DNA of 64,000 nucleotides from Squalus acanthias (taxonomy: Eukaryota). Of this stretch, positions 1-12,681 are shown one piece after another (the first letter of the stretch is position 1; the number at the start of each line of letters is the position of its first letter). Under the pieces are notes generated by a model. That model was not told the origin of the DNA. It did not search any database and was given only the letters and a program-made list of their open reading frames with translations. Where the stretch lies: the NCBI GenBank assembly GCA_030390025.1, contig CM059431.1, forward strand, positions 133,674,001 through 133,738,000. Reading direction: 5' to 3'. The translations under genes and the position numbers were made by a program.

Positions 1-882
1 GCAAGGAGGGAAAGAAGAGAACTTTGAGTGAGAGTGATGGAATGAGTGTAAGGAACGGATGGGTTACATCTGTAGAGGGTGGCTATGAGGGAGTGGGGTG
101 ACATTGTCAAATGGCCTCCTTCTGTGGTGTTACTTGCTATGCTTGCATTAGGATGAGGGTGAGTGTCAGTGATGGTTAGCCAGATGGGGATGTGAGTAGG
201 TGCATAGACAGAGAGGGATGGGTGGACATGCAAGGTATGTTGGTGTGAGGAGTGATGTGCAGGAGTAGTCTTGGGAAGGCAGAGTGATGGGGATGTGGTG
301 ACAGGCACATCAGGATGTAGGTGAGTGTGGCATTGCACTCACCTTTCCTGACCTCATGAGATCATTGAATCTCTTGCGGCACTGGATCCACATCCTCCAC
401 ACCACATCCCTGCTGTTGACCTCCTCTGTGATCTGCAACCATGCTGTTTTGGTTTCTTTGGGTAGTCTTTTATGCCTATAAGTAGGGAAGAGGACCTCCG
501 TGTGGCTGTCACTGCCTTCACCAGAACATCGAGGAATGCATCACTAAACCTTGGTGCTGCCCTCTGCCTTTGTCCATCCACGAGTGACACTTTTTTCACC
601 TTGGTAATAGTGGCCAGGGCTCTGCAAATGACCATCCACACTCCTTCATCAACTTTCAAATGAGATGTGTGCAAGGCTGCTTTAAATATCGGCGCTGGAA
701 ACGGGTCATCGATGACGTTATCAGACCTGCTCCATTTTTAGGACCTGGAAATGCACGAGTCTTTCAATTGGGGCCATTAAGTTAAGATCGCACTGAACAA
801 CACGCTGCTCAGAACATCACGTTCCCGACGCGCTACGCGCCCTGCATGCACAAAACCCGTCTCCAAGGTAAAGATTCCGGCC
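1..882 (-). mobile_element. Terminal part of a PIF/Harbinger element with Myb/SANT-like first exon (~343-655)
   Basis: Minus frame RAAPRFSDAFLDVLVKAVTATRR...(W)...RFNDL ends at AAG|GTGAGT donor (337-343); TIR-like AAGATTCCGGCC at 871-882. Confidence 0.7.
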
Positions 883-899
883 TTTGTATTTTACTGCGA

Positions 900-1065
900 A
901 CCACAACCCCACAACCAAGCTATTATTGCCCAGACCTTAACTGTCCTTATCTCTTCTGGAGATCTCCCCCTTCCACCCCCAGTGCCTCCAACCTCATAGT
1001 TCTCTAACCCCTTATAGCTCTCTACTGCCTCCCCAAGATACGCAAATGGCACAGTCCTGGTAGAC
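900..1065 (+). mobile_element. Degenerate Penelope-like RT fragment
   Basis: CTCTACTGCCTCCCCAAGATACGCAAA (LYCLPKIRK) followed by CCTGGTAGA (PGR), matching FYCLPKIHK...PGRP in the ORF at 24120. Confidence 0.55.
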
Positions 1066-1158
1066 TTTTAATGCTCTCAGGGAAACTAGGGATGGGCAAT
1101 AAATATAACCTTATCAGCGTTACCCACATCCCTCGAACAAATATATGTTAAAAAAATG

Positions 1159-1720
1159 GGCCAGATTTTGCTCTCAGTGGCAAGACCTTCTATGGTGGCA
1201 CTGGAACTTACTGTAAATTCGAGAGCCAAAAAGTGCAGCACCCTCAAAGGGCATCTGGGCCCTGTGTGAACAGGGCAAGCACCTGTGTATCACCTTAACC
1301 AATCAGGCTGAAGAATCGTTAATGAGCAGCGCAGAGTCTGAACCAGGAAGCGTCAGTTAGAATATTTAATTAAATGTCAAATAAGGTACAGAAAGCAAAA
1401 TAGAGAGGGGAAAAGATTTGGTTAAAGGAGAGAGCTAAAAGGTGACAGAAAGAAAAAGTAAAAAAAATACATTTTTATTTAAATTTTGTAACTTTTTAAA
1501 ATCTCCTACACTAAACAAAATCTGAAGGAATGAGACTCCATACTTGTAAAAGTGAATTTTCAGGGCTGAGTTTAGTTCGTATCTATGACGTAAGTATAGC
1601 AACATTACACCGTTCAATTTATCTGAATGAGGAGCCAGATGGCGAGATGACATTTTTGGTGGGCTTTGAGGAATGTCATATCTTCTGGATTTCTGCTTTT
1701 AACTGTGCACGTGCAATCGT
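1159..1720. mobile_element. Non-autonomous DNA transposon fragment (Harbinger-like TIR), same family as 50106-50667
   Basis: Starts GGCCAGATTTTG; shares GGGCATCTGGG..GTGAACAGGGCAAGCAC and AGGTACAGAAAG with the 50.2-kb copy. Confidence 0.6.
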
Positions 1721-2004
1721 TCCTCCTTTGTGTAGTCTCTGCCCAGCTACATCTATCATTTGTCTGATGCTTTCTGCCTCTTTAACAATTTCAGATTCTC
1801 CAGTCCCAATCGTCTACTTTTCACTATGGACATATGGTCCCTCCACACCTCCATCCATCACCTGTGGGTCGTTCAATTCTTCCTTGAACAATAATCCAAT
1901 CAGTCCCAATCCATCACCAACCTCCACCACCTGGCTGAGCTTATTCTCATCTTTAAACATCTTATTTAGAAGCCGTTAGCTTCTAGCAATTTATTAGACA
2001 ATGA

Positions 2005-2295
2005 GAGGTGCCTGGAACTTCCATGGGGTTCTTCTGATCTACTGCCATAACTTTGGCAGAAAGAAAGAAGACTTGCATTTATATAGTGCCTTTCATGACC
2101 TCAGGACATCCCAAAACACTTTACAGTCAATTTTAGAAGTGCAGTCTCTGTTGTAATGTATGAGGTTGGCAGAACACCTGGAGAAGTTGTGTAAAGTGCT
2201 AAATAATGTTACACTGCTTCTCCAGAGTTTCTGCCAGAATCTCACCAAAGTTATGGAGGGTGATAAAGAGAGAACCCCGCAGGTATTCTCTCCCA
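2005..2295. mobile_element. Palindromic MITE interrupted by a DeuSINE 3' tail (~2065-2160)
   Basis: GGGGTTCTT...CCATAACTTTGG is mirrored by CCAAAGTTATGG...GAACCCC; the insert matches the SINE tail at 9811-9900. Confidence 0.55.
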
Positions 2296-2564
2296 GGCAA
2301 TCAGGAGAGAGAGAGAGAGAGTCTCTAAATAGTACCTGATAATTACATGTTGACAGTTAAAAACTGTTAACATTCTAATTAGTGAAATCTTATAAGCACT
2401 TTTGAGACAGAGAGAGAAACCAACAAACAAGTTAAATTTTGAACATTCTAATTATCACCTGTGTTTTGCTGATAGTTAGCAATTAGAATATTTACAATTT
2501 CTTACAGCAATGCAAGAGTGAGATATGGATAGAAACAGTCATAGAGATATACATTCCAGGAACA

Positions 2565-3490
2565 ACAATATCAATTTGCATTTATGTGGTGCCTTTAATG
2601 TAGTACAACGTCCCAAGGTGTTTCACAGGAGCGTTAGCAAACAAAATTTGACACCGAGCCACATAAAGAGATATTAGGACAGATGACAAAGAGGTGGATT
2701 TTAAGGAACATCTTAAAGGAGGAGAGAGAGCTAGAGAGGCAGAGAGGTTTAGGGAGGGAATTCCAGAGCTCAGGGCCTAGGCAGCTGAAGGCACGGCCGC
2801 CAATGGTGGAGTGATTAAAATCGGGGATGCGCAAGAGGCCAGAATTAGAGGAACACAGAGATCTCAGAGGGTTGTCAAGCTGGAGGAGGTTACAGAGATA
2901 GGGAGGGGCGAGGCCATGGAGGGATTTGAAAACAAGCATGAGAATTTTAAATTGAGGCATCGCCAGACCAGGAGTCAATGTAGGTCAGCGAGCACAGGGG
3001 TGATGGATGACTGGGACTAGGTGCGAGTGAGGATATGAGCAGCAGAGTTTTGGGTGAGCTCAAGTTTATGAAGGGTGGAAGATTGGATGCCAGCCAGGAG
3101 AGCATTGGAATAGTCTGGTAGTAACAAAGGGGTGAATGAGGGTTTCAGCAGCAGATAAGCTGAGGCAGGGTCAGAGACGAGCAATGTTATGGAGGTGGAA
3201 GTAGGTGGTCTTGGTGATGGAACGAATATGTGGTCGAAAGCTCATCTCAGGGACAAATAGGATGCCAAGGTTGCGAATGGTCTGGTTCAACCTCAGTCAA
3301 TGCCCAGGGAGGGGGATGGAGTCAATGGCTAGGGAACCAAGTTTTTGGAGGGAACCGAAGACAATGGCTTCAGTCTTCCCAATATTTATTTGGAGGAAAT
3401 TTCTGGTCATCCAGTACTGGATGTCGGTCAAGCAGTGTAACAAATCAGAAGCAGTGGAGAGGTCACGAGAGGTGATGGTGAGGTAGAGCC
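2565..3490 (-). mobile_element. L2 LINE 3' portion
   Basis: Minus frames CLTDIQYWMTRNFLQINIGKTE and FKILMLVFKSLHGLAPPYL...GGRAFSCLGPELWNSLP are typical L2 RT C-terminal motifs. Confidence 0.85.
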
Positions 3491-4939
3491 CAAAAAACAT
3501 CAAATTTGGTGTTTATAGTGACCCTTTAGCAACTTACAAACCAGTACTGACAGTCATGGGATCTCTCTAACCAGTGCAGTCAGACCCATGCCCTGCCCAA
3601 AGCTACTTCACTGCTGACAGAAGGAGAGCCATACCTTATGTTCCAGTTGTGCTAAATCACAGTTTCACTTTCCACAGTTAGGCCAAACCCTAGGTTTCCC
3701 CTCCACAATACTGCCAGATCAAATGATCCACCATGCTGCCACACTGCAGCAACCCCACTGTCATACACCAGGGCCTCCATCCCAATTCTGCCAAACCTTA
3801 GAATGATTTTCCAGAGCTACCAAAGCACAGGACTTCCTTGAAGTACAGCTAAACCCCATTCCCCTCCCCAATATTGCCAAACAATGGATATCTACCTCCA
3901 ATTGATGCAATTTGCAAACCATCTTGCTCTGTCTTCTCAGCTTTCAAATGGTAAGGGACAAAAATTAAATACATAGGTAAAAGAATATATAAACAAAATA
4001 AAGGCCACTGGTTTACAGTTTTCACGGAATAATGTTGAGTTGTGTTACTGATGCACCAAAGCACTGGTAAACATTCAAGAAAAGCATTAAATAAAAATAG
4101 AATTCAGTTCCTGACAATGTTCTGCACCACATGGCAGAACAGCCCGACTGAAAAATACCGAATCCCCTGACTCCGAGTGAGCAACGCCACGGGAGATCTA
4201 CTAGTATTTTCAATATCCTAAATGACTATCGAAGGATTACAGTGAATAATACAATCTCAGGGTTCAGTTATTGAACTTTATGGACATGGGGATCCGTGGA
4301 CTGCTACTGCTTTATAATCCACCATTAGGCAAAGTCTTTTCAGAAGATTAGATTGACGAACTATTTCTTTCAATTTGCTGGCAGGCCTATCTATAACTTA
4401 TTCAATCAGTATTTTCAGAAAATGTAGCCTTCAATATATGCATTAACATTCATTCGTTTTTGTTCACCTCGTATGCCGCCACATCCTCTGTAAATTCATC
4501 TAGATTCAATATTATGCCCTATCTGGTAAGATATATAAGTTTGTGTACACCGTCGATGTTGTTTTCCTGGATGTATCTCTAACAGCTTTGTAAACTTTTA
4601 GTCTGTTTCGGAAGGGTATTGGTCGCCTGTGGTACTTACGATATTTAAAGGTGTTGAACAGAGTGTGACTGTCCTGTGACGTAAGGTAACTGGCCCCAGC
4701 ACAGATTTCAAGTTTCAGCAAAGTTCAGTTTCACTCAGTCCTAAAGAAACTGAGGATACGATTCACATCCTCCTTACAGGAACAAGAGCAACGGATCGCT
4801 CAGTTTAGAGGGCTGGTTTTAACCTCTCCAAAACGTAGTATATTGAATGATACACGTATAGATAATCTGATGAACTAGAATTAAGTTGTTTTAAATCATA
4901 AGTAGTAAACTATACTATTACCAATCGAAAATCCTAAAG

Positions 4940-5159
4940 ATGGCGAATATGACAATTGAAATCGTTGCCTTCATATTATCCGTATCTGGATTTATTTTGG
5001 TGTCTTCGACGTTGCCCACAGACTATTGGAAGGTGTCTTCCATCGACGGTACAGTTATCACCACTGCCACTTTCTGGGCTAATCTCTGGAAAACTTGTGT
5101 GACAGATTCCACTGGAGTCTCCAACTGCAAAGACTTCCCATCCATGCTGGCACTCGATG
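4940..5159 (+). CDS. cldn10: Claudin-10 (10b-type) coding exon 1
   Basis: MANMTIEIVAFILSVSGFILVSSTLPTDYWKVSSIDGTVITTATFWANLWKTCVTDSTGVSNCKDFPSMLALD closely matches claudin-10b TM1/ECL1 (W...NLW..C...C); ends GAT G|GTTCGT, a phase-1 donor at 5160. Confidence 0.95.
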
Positions 5160-7647
5160 GTTCGTGATTTTAACAATTAATCAGTCTAATGAATCCTTTC
5201 CTGGTCCTTTACCGCCTCTCCTTGCCATTTCCCCCTCTGTCCCTGCAGCAGGTGTAATGTTATCGGGCAGATTCCTTTCTTATACTTTCTGATTCTATTG
5301 TTCATTCAATTCCTGTCAATTTATGTGCACGTTGCAGTCTTGCGTTGACTAAACAGAATAATTTATCACCACCTGATTGTGGACATTTTAAAAGGAAGAG
5401 ATTTTATCCAGCAATTTATTTTTTGCCTAAGAATCATTGAATAATCTTAAAAACGATGCAGAAAATTCTGAAATTACAGAGGAGGTCCGTCGGCATCTGA
5501 ATTAAAAAGATGGGTAAGTATTTGCGTTTTAGACCCTTCAAAACTTTGCATCCCAAACCGCAACCTATTTTTTCTCAGATGCTTACGAACCTGCCGTAAA
5601 GATCCAGGGATGTGCAGATTTCCGGTAATTGCCGCCCCCTCCACCCACCCTAAATCTTAATTTCTTTGCTTCATTATTTCCTAGAAAGTAAAGTGCAGCT
5701 ATATGCTTTAACCCGGCTGCAGGTCTGTCCTTAATTTGGGATTCTAGTTCGGGAATGTCATAAAACCTTTTAGTCCAGATTTCATTATTATCACATGTTT
5801 TATTCTTTTTCTTTTTCTAATTTCCTTGTATTCCACTCAATCTAGTTTTACACAAACACTCACTTATTCACACGCATCCTGTTTTACAATACTTATCCAC
5901 CTGTCGCAAGACACCACCCTGATGCGATCAATTCCGTTTTGCCTCAAAAGCCAATTTTAACAAGGACTTGACTTAAGTAAAAAAAACACAATATATTGAG
6001 AACGCTAAGCTGGGCAGCTAAAACGACCCTAAACAGGTCTAAAATAACCATTAGTGTAGTCGCTAATATATTCCACTTCATCGCTTTACTGTTTACCTCT
6101 GCTCTTCCAACTCTGTTATATTGTAAGAAATGACTGGTATTATTCTCTATGTCCTTCTTATTTGAAACGACTCTTATTTTTCCTGTCTTTTATTCCTATT
6201 CCGCCTGTTGATCTCCCTTTAACTTTTATATTTTTCCATTCATTTATTTTTTCACGAAGCTGTTTAATATAACGCTGGCCCCTCATTCCCCTTTCCTACT
6301 GCCTCTGCTGTTTTTCTTGTTTCAATTATACTTCTTTCCTTTAGCTCCGTCTTTATTTCAGTTCGAATGTCAGTATTTCTGGTCTGAGTGTATTTTACAA
6401 TCTTACAAATTTTGAAGAAATCTTTCTGATACTTTCCTTTTAAGATCACCCTCCTTGTTTTTCCGCTAGTAGCGAGTAAGAATCTGCACACTTGCGCAAC
6501 CTCCTGGCCAATACTAAATTGCTGAAACCCTGGCCGCGGTGAGCAGCTCGGCATATGAGGCTATTCGAAAGCCAAACGCAAAAGAACTGTTCAGAGTTGG
6601 CCTTACACCCCCCTCTCCTCAGAGGGACCTTTCGTTCTGGGCTTCGATTTATGCTCATCTGAAATGTCACTTCATTAATGGTGATCTGGATGTTTTGCAT
6701 CTCTATGAGATCGCTATAATGAAATACTGCGGCGTTCTGTTCACCCCGTCATTCTCCGGGGACTGCAAGCCTTTTTGTTTAGGTGGAAGTACCTTGTTAA
6801 TGTTATCCTACCCACTTTCCTTGTTCAGTACCATTACTGTTGTACGGGTTTCAATATAGAGGAAAGGGATCACGAGAATCATGAGATTTGCCTGTCAGTG
6901 CAACTCCCTGTCCGAGCAGGACAACATGTTTGTAGAACACAGACAAGCTTTGTCCTTTCAAACAAAATAATTTCCATATCGACAACTATATTGTTCTAGT
7001 TTGCACACAAACTAAGAGTGGGGAAGAACTTAACCGTCTGTTGGGTCACTGCCAATAAATAGTATTCGATACATTTGCTGTACCGGTGCTTTTCTTGTAC
7101 TGTTTCAGTAATGGCCTGAGTCAAAATAATCCCATCCAGGTCTTTTCTTGCTTTTAGTCATCCCCTCGACCGATCTGGCCACACAGCTGATTGAATTCTT
7201 AATGTTTGAAATTGTTTTGAAACCGACAGCAAGATGAGGGAAATTAATTTGTTGTGACAAATATTGAAATAGGAAGATTTTCTCTGCTTGATATGGGAAG
7301 CCAAATCGTAAATACATTCTTCAACACGTTTACGATTTCGCCAAACATAGCGCACCGAGTAAAGGTGTCACTTTCTGATCAGACCCTGCTGTAATCAGAA
7401 GTATTCCTGTGAAAGTTGGATTGTACTTTTATTGATTTATATATAATGCATATTGATTTATCTTAATATGAATTTGGATATGTAGCTACTCGAGGGAAGT
7501 GTGGAATGTGGATAAAAGTTTCAGCAAGACCTCGAAACATATTTACCACTGAACTCTTGTCGCCCTTTTCATCCAGGTTAAATTAATCTCGAGTCATGTG
7601 AGGGGCGTTTACTTTTTCAGCTCATTAAACGGTTCTCTCTTCTGAAG

Positions 7648-7657
7648 ATGTGTGTGT

Positions 7658-7688
<31 letters not shown>

Positions 7689-7694
7689 GTGGGG
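7648..7694. repeat. (TG)n microsatellite followed by poly-G
   Basis: Directly visible. Confidence 0.95.
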
Positions 7695-9810
7695 TAGACT
7701 TCTAGAGATTGCGACAGATTTTAAGCATCAGATAACCGCTTGTATTTTTAGTAAAATTCGCAACCTATATACAGATCTGACAAATGAATACCGAAACGCC
7801 TCGCTAAAGGCAAATGTAATCAAACAAGCGCCCTCTCCCTACTGCTGTATCAGAATAGCTATGTTTTTATGGTCGAGTGTGATTATAACTTTTTCCCGTC
7901 ACTAGCTATTGGATATAACAAAATATGAAAGAACAGATATTTTAATTTTACATTTTATAATATTTTGAAGAAAATTAAGAAATTATATATTTGCATTACA
8001 TTTTAAGGGGTGGAGTTCTTACAGTTAAAAAGGCACCAAGTCATTTTAATAATATTTTGAAGAATTTATTAGAACTGAGAGAATGAAACGGCAATACTTA
8101 TGGTAAGAAAATGAACTTACTTCTGGTTTCAGATAAAAATTATACGTTTCTAAACTTTCCAGATTTCACATGACTTCTAAAATATGACAAAAGCTCATTA
8201 GTATCAGTGACTGTAGTATTCCGATCACCGTCTGAAGAGAACGTTTTTCTAATTTTTACATCTAAGGGGGTTAACAGTCCTATTTGGTAAGAAGTCTTGG
8301 TTCATACATTGAGGCATCGATTTCACGGTAAACGTTCACAAACATCAATGTCAGAGCAACACATATTTAGCAGCTAACTGTATATGAGAAAATATGGAAA
8401 GTGATAGCAATATTTGTCCATGTATATTGGAGAACTAGATTAGACACTTCAACATATAGATGGTATGTACCTAGATACATTAAATAGATTATATATTATA
8501 GAATATGTTACGTGATATAGATAGTGAAATCAACAGATAGATTAAAATGTGATGGTATTGTTACGTTGCAGTTTCTAATATTTAACTTGAAACTATTTCG
8601 AGGCTGGTTGAGCAGTGCTATAACCCCTGCTGACTGACCTGATTAAAGCGAGTTTGCAACCTGATTGTGAAACCCTGATGACTTATGTGCTCGCATGACT
8701 GACGAAGTCCTTTACTTTATCCTTACAGTATTCTAGGGTTATCCAGTTTGTTTTTATTTGTGTAAATATTCAACGAATTTCCCTGGAAACGTCGTCGTAA
8801 ATCTAAACTTCTGTGAGCTCTGAGGTATTTTTATTTCATGGTTGAGCAGGTTAAAGTGTTAATTAGCTACAAATGCTGACAATAAATCTAATCTGTGTAA
8901 AATTATGCCTTCCGGTTTTATATAACCTGTTTTAATAGTTTACCTTCTATGAGAATGATTGCTTCACGTCTCAATGAGCAGCAAATTGAAAAATATTGGT
9001 AAATTGAACATTAGCGCTGGTAGCTGTGTAGGATGTAATGCCCTCTCTAATTGTATTATCAGAAAGAAAAAGTTTGTTGGTCTATTGTTGATATATATAA
9101 TGCATTTTTGCGACCTTTAGAATATATTCCATTTGTGTGTGTTTGCATAAGACTTGGATGTAATTGTAATTAAATGTGCGATGCCTATGGTGGATTTCAT
9201 AAATATACTGGATATGTTTTAGAATCCAATACATATAATACTAAAATCGTGTTGTTATCTGATTCAAAGTGACAAGAAGAGCAGTTTAAATATCTACACC
9301 AAATTCAATCTGGTTGTTTGACCAGCATTGTTTTAAAGAAAATTATATTAAACTATATTCATTTCCTTACAATGTGGTATTTACATGTAACAATAAATTG
9401 AATGCTACTGCAAAATGCAGCTATTGATTTCCAAATAAATTAAAAGGTATTATTTTAGGAATTAAAACTTGTATACCTAACCCTGAAACAAACAACAATA
9501 TAAGCCACTAGTATAGGTATCTTTGAAGAGTGGGCGAGCGCCAGACCAGACGTTCTTGATACATCAAGTTCACAGAATCACAGAATTGACATGACATACT
9601 CTGTTAAAACTACGATTATTGAACTTGAGCAAAAAAGTATCCTTTAAAATACATATAATCCACTTATTATTTATAATTAAGTTTTCATAGAATTATAGAA
9701 TCTTACAGCACAGAAGGAGGCCATTCGGCCCACCGTGTCTCTTTGAAAGAGCTGTCCAATTTAATCCCACAGCCCAGCTTTTTCCCCATAACCCTGCAAA
9801 TTAGTCCTCT

Positions 9811-10265
9811 TGCATTCATATAGCGCCTTTCATGACCTCAGGGTGTCCCAAAGGGCTTTATAGCCAATGAAATACTTTTGAAGTGTAGTCACTGTTGTAA
9901 TATAGGAAACGCGACAGCCAAAATTGCGCACAGCAAGTTACCACAAACAGCAATGTGATAATGACCAGATAATCTGTTTTTGTGATGTTGATTGAGGGAT
10001 AAATATTGGCCAGGACACCGGGGATAACGCCCCTGCTCTTCTTCAAAATAGTGCCAAGGGATCTTTTACGTCCACCTGAGAGAGCAGATGGGACCTCGGT
10101 TTAACGTCTCATCCGATAGACAACACTTCCGACAGTGCAGCACTCCTTCAGTACTGCACTGGAGTGACAACCTAGATTTTTGTGCTCAAGTCTCTGGAAT
10201 GGGACTTGAACCCACAGCATTCTGACTCACAGGCGAGAGGGGTACCAACTGAGCCACAGCTGTCA
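9811..10265 (-). mobile_element. tRNA-derived DeuSINE (SacSINE1/AmnSINE-like)
   Basis: Minus strand: A box TGGCTCAGTTGG, B box GGTTCAAGTCCC, Deu-domain-like core (GTAAAAGATCCC..GGCAC...GAAGAGCAGGG...CCTGGCCAATATTTATCCCTCAA), L2-like tail ending AATGCAAG. Confidence 0.8.
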
Positions 10266-10270
10266 CTAGG

Positions 10271-11139
10271 GGCTGGATTTTACTTACAGAGACGAATTGG
10301 GGGTGGCACTGCTGCCATCCGGGTTCTAGTCCCACCCCCAGCGACGTCTGACGAATAGACGCTATTTTACCTTGATTGGCCTTGTTAAGCCCACCCTGCA
10401 GGCTTGCCGGCCAATTAAGGGAAAGCCAGTGTCAGATGACATCAGTTGATGACACTTCATCTGCCGGTTTTCTTAAAGGCATATGCACCACACTTGTTTG
10501 ACAGATGAATTGTCAGTGTTTGACAGCATTGAGGTGCTGTCAAACACTGACAATCACTGTACACAGGTGAGCCCTTGTACCCAGGCACTCCAATTACCTT
10601 CTCCTTAGGATAAAACAGATGGCAGCTGCAGCTGAGATTGCAGAAGCCATCTGTCACTTCTCCCGATGAGATGAGGCTACACAAACACTTCACAGCTTGT
10701 CACCTGCAGAAACATCTAACCACATTAAAAATGACTTTCCCAACATGTCCTTACCTCTGATACTAACCATTGTCCCATTGCATCCTTCACACCACTTCTG
10801 CGGCTGTCATCCAAACACCAACATTACAACAGACCCACAGCACGCCTCACTTACCCTGGCAGGGGTTCCCCGATGCCGGGAAGCCCACAGCAGCAGTCGA
10901 AAAATTGGGAAAAGCCTCTTAACTGCCTGTTAACTATATGTTAACAGGTGGTTAAGTGGCTATAATCCTCTTCCTGCCACTAGGAGTCGGGTCCCTGCCC
11001 AAATCGGGGACCTGACTTCCAGGAAGATTGGTTGGAGGCGGGTTGGGAGCGGGTTCAGGGACCCGCTCCCATTTTTTTGGACTTTCCCAGCAGTCCCGCC
11101 TCCAAACCCACCTCCTCAGGGCTGGCAAAAATCCAGCCC
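10271..11139. mobile_element. Non-autonomous Harbinger-type element
   Basis: TIRs GGGCTGGATTT / AAATCCAGCCC, TAG beside both ends; internal blocks are the reverse complement of parts of 43928-45887. Confidence 0.75.
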
Positions 11140-12156
11140 TAGATGTCCAATTGCCTTTTGAAATTTTCTATGGAATCTACTTCCACCACCCTTTCAGGTA
11201 GTCTGTTTCAGATCTTAATCCTCTCAGTGAAAAAAAATTCTCCTAATTTCCCCTCTACTTCTTTTGCCAATTATTTTAAATCTTTGACCTCTGGTTACTG
11301 ACCCACTTGCCAGAGGAAACAGTTTCTCCCTACTTGCTCTATCAAAAACCCTCAAAATTTTGAATATGTCTATTATGTCTCCCTTAAGCATCTCTGCTCT
11401 AAGGAGAACATTTCCAGCTTCTCCAATCTCTCCACATAACTAATGTCCCTTATCCTGGGTATCATCTTGGTAAACCTCCTCTGTACCCTCTCCAAGGCCT
11501 TGACATCCTTCCTAAAGTGTGATGCCCAGAATTGGACACAATGCTCCAGCTGAGACCTAACCAGTGATTTGTAAAGGCATGACTTCCTTGATTTTTTTAT
11601 TCAATCCCCCCATTTACAAAGCCAAGTATCCTATACGCTTTCTTAACTACCTTATCAACATGCCCTGCCACCTTCAAAGATTTGTGAATGTGCACCCCAG
11701 GTCCCTCTGTTCTTGCACCCCCTCAAAATGGTACCATTTGGATTATACAGCCTCTCTGTGTTGTTCCTCCCAAAGTGCATCACTTTACACTTATCCACAT
11801 TAAATTTCATCTGCCACATGTCTGCCCAGTTCACCAGTCTATCTATGTCCTCCTGAAGTCTGCTACTATTCTCCTCACTATTTACTCCATTGCCAAGTTT
11901 TGTATCATCCACAAACTTCAAAATTGTACTCCCTATACTGAAGTCCAGGTCATTTATATGTAACAAGAAAAGCAATGGTCCTAATACTGATCCCTGAGGG
12001 ACTCCACTGCATACTTCTCTCCAGTCAGAAAAACATCCATTCACCCCTACTCTCTGCCTGCTATCCCTTAGCCAATTACGTACCCAAGTTACCGCCGTAC
12101 CTTTAATCCCATGTGCTTCTATTTTCGGAATACATCTGTTATGTGGTACTTTATCA

Positions 12157-12681
12157 CAGGGATTCTCAACTGGGGCTCTACGGCTCCCTAGGGATCCGCA
12201 AGAAGGTTTCAAGCAGCCCACGCTACGGGAGCTTTGAGTGCATCGAAGATCTGTCTGAGGGTGAGTGAGGCCTGGGGCCCGGATGCGAGGGCCTCCAGGT
12301 ACCATCAAGTGGGTGGAAAGTTATCTCTGTTTGTGTTGAGGGGCCAAGGGCTAATGAACTTTGACAGTTGCTAATTGCAACCATGTGAGATGAAACCGCA
12401 TCCCTCCCCCTCAAACAACCCCTTCTCCCCCCCCTTTCCCCCCACCTTCGTCTGCCCCTCCCCCTTTCTCCCCCACCACCTTCTTCCCCCACCACCTTCT
12501 TCCCCTCACCCCCTTCTCCTGCCACACCCTTTTCTCACCCCCCACACCTCCTTCTCACCCCCCACACCCCCTTCTCCCCCCATACCCCCCCCCCCAGCCC
12601 CTTCTCCCCCACCACAGGGGTCTGTGGAATTTTTATAACACAGGAGGGGAGCTTCAGAAGAAAAAAGGTTGAGAATCCCTG
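12157..12681. mobile_element. hAT (Charlie-like) MITE, 525 bp
   Basis: Perfect 14-bp TIR CAGGGATTCTCAAC / GTTGAGAATCCCTG; perfect 8-bp TSD CTTTATCA at 12149-12156 and 12682-12689; splits a CR1 RT motif. Confidence 0.92.
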
